Assembly (NCBI GenBank): GCA_965214565.1
Contig: OZ243951.1
Coordinates: 321,017-385,016 of the forward strand
Length of the DNA: 64,000 bases
Direction: 5' to 3'
Origin: Candidatus Aldehydirespiratoraceae bacterium
GTDB taxonomy: Bacteria; Actinomycetota; Acidimicrobiia; Acidimicrobiales; Aldehydirespiratoraceae
Program-made: the position numbers and the translations under genes
The notes under the pieces: model-generated
The model's database searches: none
What the model was told of the DNA's origin: nothing
Seen by the model: only the letters and a program-made list of their open reading frames with translations
In this document: positions 27,374 to 35,241 of the stretch, in pieces
Numbering within the stretch: position 1 is the first letter of the stretch
Layout: every line of letters begins with the position of its first letter

Positions 27374-28852
27374 TCACCCCGCTAGGTTGCCCGTCTCTCC
27401 CGGGGTTGTCTGTTGAGGATCGCGCGGTTTGACTGCGCCCGCTGGGCTACTTCGATTGCCGGGCTCGCGTTCAGACCGCCCCGGTCCCAACAACCCGGTC
27501 ACGGTCGGGTTGGTCGGCTTCAACAATCTTCGCGGTTTCGTGTCGGGGGTCTGGGTCACGGTCGGGTTGCCCTGTCGGGGTTGGGGGGATTGACCGTGGC
27601 TGCTGTTTTTCTTTGTCGCGGCTGGCCCGGTTCTGGGTTGCGCGGTTCGACTGTGTTGGCCGGTTCGGTCGGGTTGCGTTCCCTTTGTCGGTCGGGTTGG
27701 GGGTTTGAGTTGGTATTTGCCGGTGTCGGGGTCTCGGTGGACTTGCCAGCCGTGGTCGTGGATCTTGTGGTGGCAGTCGTCGCACACCAGTGCGAGGTTG
27801 TCGAGGTCGGTGGGCCCGTTCTTTGACCACCAGGTGATGTGATGTGCGCGGCACCACAACGGGTTGGCTCCACAACCGATGCAGTGCTGGTCTCTGGCGA
27901 TCAACGCGACACGTTGAGCCTCAGAAGCCGTGCGTAGCCGCCGTCCCAGCCACATGTCTTGAGTTTTGGTGTCAAAGATCGACGGCAACAAGTTCGCTTC
28001 GAGCGCCAGACGATGCAGCTCAACGATCGGTATCGGCGACCCGTCAGCGAGCCGGGGATTGTCGAGTTGTTGTTTCAACACATCGAAATCAGCGATCACC
28101 AACAGATCCGTACCTGCAGACTTACCGTCACCGGATGGTTGACAGATCAGCTCAGCCAACGCGTCAGCCATCCGCTGCTGCGGAGTGGCACGGTTGTCAG
28201 GGTCCTCGCGATGCCACAGTTGTCGTTCCTTGGCGGTCAACGCCGTGGCGATACGTGCTCCGGTGATCTGATCAAACTCACCGGACAGCACGAACATGCC
28301 CGACTCTGATGATTCGAAGATGCGGGCTTTGCGCCTAGAGCGTTGACGATCCAACAACGCTTGCCCATCATCAGCAGCCATCTCTTGTTGATGACGTTTC
28401 ACAGTCCGCGCGAACTCATCGAAAGACTCGCTGCCTGCTGCCTCGACCAGCAACCCCTCATCAATCGGGCTCTCACCAGACACCCGAGCGATCAGGCGGG
28501 CATGACCCACAGGAACCTCACCAGACTCCAACGCCTCACTCGTCGCGGGCAACTCCGCCAACCGAGCCGCGGTCTCAACATCGCGTTTGGCCTCACGCTT
28601 CGATGAACGCAACTCGTCACGAACCAACCTCTGCGCATCGCCCATGCTGTGACGACGGCCCACCTCAGCGAGCACCTGAGCTTTCATAGCCTCCAACCGA
28701 GACTCCGCACGGCCCAACACCCCCAGACGCGATGACAACCCGTCATCGCACAGAGTTGCCACGTCCACCGCCTCGACATGGACAACCCCACCAGCAGCCA
28801 AGCCGAGACCAGTTGGAGCATCCGAGAGATCCGAGGCAGGAGCGAATTCCAT
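27374..28852 (-). mobile_element. DUF222 / HNH endonuclease (13E12-repeat-type actinobacterial HNH protein)
   Basis: N-terminal DUF222-like region plus HNH core CIGCGANPLWCRAHHITWWSKNGPTDLDNLALVCDDCHHKIHDHGW. Long low-complexity Pro/Thr/Gln tail. Lies between core genes. Confidence 0.85.
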
Positions 28853-28883
28853 GGATGTAACCCTACCGCCCCCCTGTGACAGT

Positions 28884-28970
28884 GATATCTAAACATCCTG
28901 AAATATCATGAAAAGATAGATTTATATATTTTAAAGCCTGTCCTATATCACAAATGCTACAGACAACCTC
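28884..28970. other. AT-rich island immediately upstream of the HNH gene
   Basis: gatatctaaacatcctgaaatatcatgaaaagatagatttatatattttaaagcctgtcctatatcac is strikingly AT-rich against GC-rich flanks. Contains TGATAT-N14-ATATCA. Confidence 0.8.
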
Positions 28971-29130
28971 AAAGGCGCACTGTTCCTGTCGCGGTCTACA
29001 GGCCAACGAGAACAACCAAGTCCGATCTCCAATTATCAGGAATACGGCATGAGCGGCAGCGGGGTTCCAGTGTGACCTTGTCTGCGACGCTCTCCCGATA
29101 GTCCCGCCCGGGGCTCAACCTCGACCCCGC

Positions 29131-29305
29131 TCAGAGACCCTCAACCACCCCCGCCCCACGTTTACGCGCAGGCTCGACTATGTTGATGGTGTCTTCGGGA
29201 AAGAGGGCATCAGCCAGTTTGTGCAGGTCAAGCCACCGAAATGGGGGTGTCCTTGAGAGCACGGTAGTAGAGATTGAAACCGTCGATGTACACATTCGTG
29301 ATCAA
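29131..29305 (-). pseudogene. NYN/PIN-like domain gene remnant (frameshifted, truncated)
   Basis: GGAGG-N6-TTG then ITNVYIDGFNLYYRALKDTP. A 1-nt shift is needed to continue with FRWLDLHKLADALFPEDTINI. This matches the typical N-terminus of NYN-domain proteins. The rest of the domain is absent. Confidence 0.55.
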
Positions 29306-29473
29306 CTGCCGCCTCCGCCAAAAGACAGAGACCGCCCCGGAAGGCGGTCTCGACCCCACCGCCGAAGCGAATAGGTGGTAATGACTGAACGCTAACGTCG
29401 GCGGCGCCGACCGTCAACACCTTTCGCCGAGACGCGAGACCAACTGTCAACTCCCCCGCTGGCGGGTAACCCG

Positions 29474-30700
29474 CTAGAAATCCGCCGCTACGGCGTCTTC
29501 GAAAGTCGCCCCAGACTCGATGAGCATCCGGTAGCGCATCACATGGCGGGGGCGGTTGAAACCGAGAACGCCGACCAGGCGGCCAGCGCGGCCGTAGATC
29601 GCCGCGAAGCGCCTCTCTGCGAGGCTCCCCGTGGCGACGTGCATCTCGTCGTCGGGACCGATACGGCCGGCCATCTGGATCTTGCGATCGTACTGATCGG
29701 ACCAGAACCAGGGGACCGGCACGAAAGGCTCAGCCTCGTCGTCACCGACCAGCAGGCGCCTAGCCGCATGCGCGCCCTGCGCAACCGCGTTGTCCCAATG
29801 CTCGACCCGCATCACCTCACCGAAACGCTGATTGGGCCAGCGGGCAACATCGCCCGCAGCCGTCACCCCGGGAGCAGCCAGACAGGTGGCGTCGCACACC
29901 ACACCGTTGTCTATCCTCAAGCCCGAACCCTCGAGCCATTCCGCGTTGGGAACCACCCCGATCCCCACCACGACCACGTCAGCCTCGATCACGCTGCCGT
30001 CGCTGAGCCGCACCCGCTCCACCCGGCCCTCACCCTCGATCGCCTCAACGCCCACACCTGTGCGCAAGTCGACGCCGTGCTCACGGTGCAACTCAGCACA
30101 GACAGCGCCCATCTCATCGCCCAGCACCCGGCTCAGGGGCTGGGGCAACGACTCGATCATCGTCACCTCCAGTCCCTGTGTCCTAGCGGTGGCCGCCACC
30201 TCCGCACCAATGAACCCGGCGCCCACGACGACCACCCGCACTGGGCCGGCATCGAACGCGGCGCGGATCGCCAGCGAATCATCCAAGCTGCGCAACACGA
30301 ACACTCCGTCGAGCCCCTCAGAACCCCCCAGCGTGCGGCAACGCGCACCCGTGGCGATCAACAAACCGTCAACAACGATCTCCTCACCACCCTGATCGTC
30401 GAGATCGACGATCCCCAAACGCCGGGACGGCAGATCGAAGCTCGTCGCCCGCACACCCAGACGAAGTTCAAGATCCAGGCCGTCGAGCTTGTCGGGCTGA
30501 GTCAACGCCAGACGATCCTCGCCCCAGTCACCGGCCAAGAACTGCTTGGACAACGGTGGCCGGTCGTAGGGAGCGTGCAGTTCGTCGCCGATCAACGAGA
30601 TCGGCCCGTCGAAGTCGTCGCGCCGAAGAGCCTCGGCTGCCCGTATCCCTGCCAGAGAAGCTCCGACGATAGTGACAGAGCGCCGCGTCATAGAAGCCAA
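29474..30700 (-). CDS. FAD-dependent ferredoxin--NAD(P)+ reductase
   Basis: VTIVGASLAGIRAAE and VVVVGAGFIGAEVA dinucleotide folds. Putidaredoxin-reductase-like layout with a C-terminal dimerisation domain. Confidence 0.88.
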   Translation of the reverse strand: MASMTRRSVTIVGASLAGIRAAEALRRDDFDGPISLIGDELHAPYDRPPLSKQFLAGDWGEDRLALTQPDKLDGLDLELRLGVRATSFDLPSRRLGIVDLDDQGGEEIVVDGLLIATGARCRTLGGSEGLDGVFVLRSLDDSLAIRAAFDAGPVRVVVVGAGFIGAEVAATARTQGLEVTMIESLPQPLSRVLGDEMGAVCAELHREHGVDLRTGVGVEAIEGEGRVERVRLSDGSVIEADVVVVGIGVVPNAEWLEGSGLRIDNGVVCDATCLAAPGVTAAGDVARWPNQRFGEVMRVEHWDNAVAQGAHAARRLLVGDDEAEPFVPVPWFWSDQYDRKIQMAGRIGPDDEMHVATGSLAERRFAAIYGRAGRLVGVLGFNRPRHVMRYRMLIESGATFEDAVAADF

Positions 30701-30743
30701 GACCGTGGTTCGCCCTCTGTCGGTCCGTCAGCCCCCCGGTCCC

Positions 30744-30935
30744 TCAGCCCTGAACTGATATGGCCTGCTTGGGGCACCGCTGAACACACTCATCGACACG
30801 AGCACGATCCTCCTCGCCGGGTTCTTCGTTGAGAACATAGAGGAAGTCGTCGTCACGCACTTCAAAGATGTCTGGCGCGATCTGCATGCAGATGGCGTTG
30901 CTCTCACAGAGGTCGAAGTCAACCACGATCTTCAT
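30744..30935 (-). CDS. ferredoxin (small single-cluster 3Fe-4S/4Fe-4S type)
   Basis: MKIVVDFDLCESNAICMQIAPDIFEV...CVQRCPKQAI; 63 aa; C-x5-C...C-P pattern. Confidence 0.88.
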   Translation of the reverse strand: MKIVVDFDLCESNAICMQIAPDIFEVRDDDFLYVLNEEPGEEDRARVDECVQRCPKQAISVQG

Positions 30936-31034
30936 GGGTCACCTTTCCTAGTAGGTTCAGAGGGAAACGAGTCAAAGAGGAAACAGGTCACCCGGCAACT
31001 TAGCCCACCGAGCGCTCCGATGTGAACATCGGCG

Positions 31035-32645
31035 TCAAAGGGCCCCGGTTCTGGAACCGCCGGCTGTGCGGTCCACCACGATGTTGTAGCGCTCTCGCAC
31101 CGCAGCGTCGGCGACAGGGTCGACGTGGGCCGGGAAATGGGACGACAGGACCTGCGCAGCGAATTCGTGGGCGACTTGCAGCGCGTGCTTGCCGCCGGCC
31201 TCGACCCAGTCGTCGGGAGTGTCGCGATCCCCGATGAGCGGGTAGATGTATTCCTTCTGCATCAGTTCGAGCGTCTGGGGGGAACCGAGGAAGTGACCCG
31301 GCCCGTTCACGACCTCCTCGATCAATGCGGCCGAGAGCGTCTCCTCGTTGATCTCGATGCCCCGGACGGTGCGGTTGATCGAGCCCAGCATGTCGTTGTC
31401 GATCACCAGCGCTTCGAGCGAGCAGCTCAGCAGACTCCCGAGCATCCCCGCGCTCTCATACACGAGGTTGGCGCCCGCCTGGCCCGCCAGCACGACGTTG
31501 ATCCCCTTCTCGTAACCGGCCTGGTTGTCGGGGACTTTCGAGTCGGTCATACCTGCCGCTACACCCGACGGCAGCCCGATCCAGTTCACAACCTGCGCGG
31601 CAGCCGCGTTGAGCACCCCCTCCTCGCCGCTCCCTCCGCTCATCGCCCCCGTGCGGAGGTCCGAGACGAAAGGCCACATCCCCATCACACAGGGATGACC
31701 GGGGCTCATCAAATTTACCGCAGTCAGCGCCGCGAGGCATTCGGCGAGCGCCTGGGCCAGAGAGCCGGCCAATGCCGCGGGCGAGGTCGCCCCCGCCTGA
31801 CCCGCCGACAACAGGTTGATCGGCATGCCCGTCTCCACCTGGGCGACCATGCAGTTCGTCGATTCTTCGGCAAAACGCAGCGGCGGCACGACGAAGGTGT
31901 TGTTCGCTGCGACGAAGGGCCGTTTGCGGAATGACCCCTCTCCGCCCGCCATCATGTCGTACATCTCGACGGTCTCGTACACGTGCGCCCGTTCGAACCA
32001 CGAGGTGCCGACCGGCTTGCCGGTGCCAGCCGTGGCGGCATACGCAGTGTTGAGATCCAGCTCCCTTGAGTCTTCTCGATCCCGTGCCACAACTGTGCGG
32101 ACGAAGAAATGGATGTTGTCGAGATGGTCAACCAGACGGGCGCAGTTGTAGACGTCTTGTGCGGTGCTGTGCCGGAAGGTGTTGGTCTGGTAGTCGTACA
32201 TCAACACCGCGGCCCCGGCGGTCCCGAAATGTACCCGGTCGCCCCCGACCTCGACCGATTTGTCATCGTCGAAGCCGTGCCAAGTCCATTCTTTGGCCGC
32301 CGTCGCTATGGCGTTCTCGACGAGTGCTCTGGGGTATAGAAGCCGTCCTGAGTCGTCGAGGCTGCCGCCCGCGTCGACGACCACCTGCACGAACTCCGGA
32401 ACTGGAGATCCCATCCCCACATGTTCCAGAAGGTGCAGCGCGGTGTCGTAGACCTGCTGCATCTCCGACTCGGTCAGAGGCTTGAATTTTCCGCCTGGTA
32501 ACCCGGGCCGCACCGGACGTGCGTCTTGGTGCAGCGGAGCGGCGCGCTCGGCGATCCGCCCCGCGCGCCCACCTGACCTACGGCGACGAGGCTCTTCGCT
32601 CACGGTGTGTCCACAGTCCCTCCCGTGCAGTTGCCCGACCGGCAT
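31035..32645 (-). CDS. trimethylamine methyltransferase (MttB) family protein, non-pyrrolysine type
   Basis: Full-length uninterrupted ORF with an MttB-superfamily look (N-terminal RRRSGGRAGR..., LTESEMQQVYDTALHLLEHVGM). No in-frame TAG, so it is a non-Pyl member, the class that includes glycine betaine methyltransferases. Confidence 0.8.
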   Translation of the reverse strand: MPVGQLHGRDCGHTVSEEPRRRRSGGRAGRIAERAAPLHQDARPVRPGLPGGKFKPLTESEMQQVYDTALHLLEHVGMGSPVPEFVQVVVDAGGSLDDSGRLLYPRALVENAIATAAKEWTWHGFDDDKSVEVGGDRVHFGTAGAAVLMYDYQTNTFRHSTAQDVYNCARLVDHLDNIHFFVRTVVARDREDSRELDLNTAYAATAGTGKPVGTSWFERAHVYETVEMYDMMAGGEGSFRKRPFVAANNTFVVPPLRFAEESTNCMVAQVETGMPINLLSAGQAGATSPAALAGSLAQALAECLAALTAVNLMSPGHPCVMGMWPFVSDLRTGAMSGGSGEEGVLNAAAAQVVNWIGLPSGVAAGMTDSKVPDNQAGYEKGINVVLAGQAGANLVYESAGMLGSLLSCSLEALVIDNDMLGSINRTVRGIEINEETLSAALIEEVVNGPGHFLGSPQTLELMQKEYIYPLIGDRDTPDDWVEAGGKHALQVAHEFAAQVLSSHFPAHVDPVADAAVRERYNIVVDRTAGGSRTGAL

Positions 32646-32683
32646 AGCAGTGCGGCTGCAAGACTGTAACGCATCGACAGCAG

Positions 32684-35107
32684 CTAGACGCGCAGCGCCG
32701 AGTTGGTCGGGTCATAAGCTGGTTCTGCCAGCACCGTTGCGGTTCTCATCTCGCCGAGGAGTTCCAACTCGAACGTCGATCCGGGCGCTTCGAAGGCGGG
32801 GGCGACATAGACGAAGGCGAGGCTCTTGCCGACCGTGTGACCCCAGGTCCCGCTCGTGGCGATGCCTATAACGTTGCCGTGCTGGTCGTATGCCCCCTCG
32901 TTGCCCCGCACATCGTTGTCTGCGGCGTCGACTTCGCAGTAGACGAGCACCATCGACAGCGGTTCGGTCTGCTCGGCACGCTCGACCGTGGCACCCTTGC
33001 CGATGAAATCACCGTTGAAGTCGACGAAACGCTCGAGCCGGGCCTCGATCGGGGTGATCTCCGTGGTCAGTTCGCTCCCCCAGGCCTTGTAGCCCTTCTC
33101 GATGCGCATGACGTTCATCGCATAGGCGCCGAAGTGGACCATTCCGTGCGGTTCCCCCGTAACGACCAGTGCATCGTAGAGTTCGGCCATCCGTTCGATC
33201 GGGCAGTGCAATTCCCAACCGAGTTCACCCACGTAGGAGACCCGCAGGGCCTTGCAGGGAACCCCTGCCACCTCGATCTCTTGAGCGGTCAACCAGCGGA
33301 ACGACTTGTTTTTCAGGTCAGCGTCGGTGAGGGGCGCGAGAACGTCTCTCGCGCGTGGCCCGGTCACCGCCAACAGCCCGTGGGAGTCGGTGACGTCGGT
33401 GACGGTCACTTCCTCTCCCGGCTCGATGTGCTGGTTCAGCCAGTCGAGGTCGTGGGTGGTGCCGATGACCGCGGAGTTGAGGTAGAAGCGGTCAGCGGAG
33501 AGGCGGGTGATCGTCATCTCACACTCGATGCCGCCCAGATCGGTGAGCATGTGTACTAGGCGGATGCCACCTTCTTTGGCCGGGATACGGTTGGCTGAGA
33601 GCCGGTCGAGCAACGTCGCCGCATCAGCGCCTTCAACCTCGAACTTGGCGAAAGCGGTGAGATCAGCGATGCCGACCCGTTGGCGGGTCCCGGTGACTTC
33701 ACGAGCGACGAAGTCGAATGCGTTGGAGCGCCTGAACGAGTGCCGTTCGGGGTCGCCGAAGTACTGCGGACGCTCCCAGCCGTACACCTCCTGCCATTGC
33801 GCTCCCAATGCGTCGAGGCGACCGTAGACCGGGTTGACCTTCTGGCGCCGCGCCGCCGGCCGCTGCTCGCCGGGCAGGCGGACCTGGTACATCTCGTGGT
33901 ATTCGTCGATCGCCTTCTCGATTGCGAACACGGACTTGGGGCCGGTGTGGTCTCCGAAGCGACGGGGGTCCATGGCCCGCACGTTGATCTCGGTCTGACC
34001 GTGAACGATCCATTGGGCGAGGTACTTGCCTGCTCCAGGACCCTGGGTGATTCCGATGGAGGCACCGTTGCAGTGCCAGTAGTTGCGGAATCCCGGGGCC
34101 GGCCCCATGAGATAGCCGGAGTCGGGCGTATGGGTGATCGGGCCCGAGACGATCTTCTTGATCCCTGCTTCGGACCACGACGGAATTCGCAGCATGGCCA
34201 GTTCGAGACACTCAGCGATGTTGTCGATGTCTGGCGGTGTGAGATAGAAGTCGAGCCCCCAGTCGATCCCGTCCACACCGTAGATCTGGGCGTTGGCCAT
34301 CTCGTAGGGCCCGATCAGCAGGCCGTCGATCTCGCGGCGGTAATAGCAGCTTGACCTGGGATCGCGGGTAACCGGCGGCTCGAAGCCGAGATTGCGCATC
34401 GACTCGAGCGGTTCGGTGATGACGTACTGGTGGATGACCGAGACGATCGGCACGTCAAGTCCGATCATCGCGCCCAGTTGCGGGGCGTAGTGGCCCGCGG
34501 CGTTGACCACATGTTCGCAGGTGATCGTGCCTTTCTCGGTGACGACCTGCCAGCGGCCGTCGGGCAGCAGGGCCATGTCGACCGCACGGTTGTGGCGCTG
34601 GACCTCGCAGCCGAGCTGGCGGGCGCCCTTGGCCATCGCGTTCGTGCATCCGGTGGGGTCGGTCCAGCCGTCGTGGGGCGTGTAGAACCCGGTCTTCACG
34701 TCGGACAGGTCTTCGAGCAGCGGGTTGAGCTCTTGCACCTGCTTCGGTCCGACGATGTGGGACTCGACGCCGATCTGGTTGAGCATGGCGTGCACGTAAC
34801 GATGCCAGTCGACTTCTTCGTCGGTGCGTGCGAGGCGGACCGCACCACAGCCGTGCCAGCCCGCCGACAGGCCCGTCTCCTCCTCGATGTCGGGATATAG
34901 GGCGATGGCGTCCTGATGGACTTTCGCCATGTTGAGATCGCCGATGAAGTTGGGGATGAGGCCCGCGGCGTGCCAGGTGGAACCCGAGGTCAGTTCACCC
35001 TTCTCTACGAGGATCGTGTCGGTCCAGCCCTCATGGGCGAGGTGGTAGAGCAGGCCCACGCCCATGGCCCCGCCTCCAACGATGACGCAGCGCACCTCTC
35101 GGTTCAT
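32684..35107 (-). CDS. FAD-dependent oxidoreductase fused to GcvT-like aminomethyltransferase domain (dimethylglycine/sarcosine dehydrogenase family), paralogue 1
   Basis: VIVGGGAMGVG dinucleotide fold, GSTWHAAG (His position for covalent FAD), C-terminal GCV_T folate-binding domain; 807 aa. GAGGAG SD. Confidence 0.9.
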   Translation of the reverse strand: MNREVRCVIVGGGAMGVGLLYHLAHEGWTDTILVEKGELTSGSTWHAAGLIPNFIGDLNMAKVHQDAIALYPDIEEETGLSAGWHGCGAVRLARTDEEVDWHRYVHAMLNQIGVESHIVGPKQVQELNPLLEDLSDVKTGFYTPHDGWTDPTGCTNAMAKGARQLGCEVQRHNRAVDMALLPDGRWQVVTEKGTITCEHVVNAAGHYAPQLGAMIGLDVPIVSVIHQYVITEPLESMRNLGFEPPVTRDPRSSCYYRREIDGLLIGPYEMANAQIYGVDGIDWGLDFYLTPPDIDNIAECLELAMLRIPSWSEAGIKKIVSGPITHTPDSGYLMGPAPGFRNYWHCNGASIGITQGPGAGKYLAQWIVHGQTEINVRAMDPRRFGDHTGPKSVFAIEKAIDEYHEMYQVRLPGEQRPAARRQKVNPVYGRLDALGAQWQEVYGWERPQYFGDPERHSFRRSNAFDFVAREVTGTRQRVGIADLTAFAKFEVEGADAATLLDRLSANRIPAKEGGIRLVHMLTDLGGIECEMTITRLSADRFYLNSAVIGTTHDLDWLNQHIEPGEEVTVTDVTDSHGLLAVTGPRARDVLAPLTDADLKNKSFRWLTAQEIEVAGVPCKALRVSYVGELGWELHCPIERMAELYDALVVTGEPHGMVHFGAYAMNVMRIEKGYKAWGSELTTEITPIEARLERFVDFNGDFIGKGATVERAEQTEPLSMVLVYCEVDAADNDVRGNEGAYDQHGNVIGIATSGTWGHTVGKSLAFVYVAPAFEAPGSTFELELLGEMRTATVLAEPAYDPTNSALRV

Positions 35108-35123
35108 TCTCTATCTCCTCTGT

Positions 35124-35204
35124 CTCGGCTCTCTCCGCCGTCTCGGTTATCTCGACTGTCTCGGCTATCTCGACTGTCTCGGCTATCTCGACTGTCTCGG
35201 CGAT
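35124..35204. repeat. intercistronic 18-bp tandem repeat, about 4.5 copies
   Basis: ctcggctatctcgactgt: two perfect copies, two degenerate copies and one partial copy, lying between the stop of paralogue 2 and the SD of paralogue 1. Confidence 0.95.
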
Positions 35205-35241
35205 TCAACGGCAAGTCGGGGTCCACTGGCTCGAATCACAT

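Noticed and set aside
27374-29473. Prophage or integrative element around the HNH gene
   Set aside because: There is no integrase, transposase, capsid or terminase gene and no att-like direct repeats. Only a single HNH gene plus a gene stub are present.
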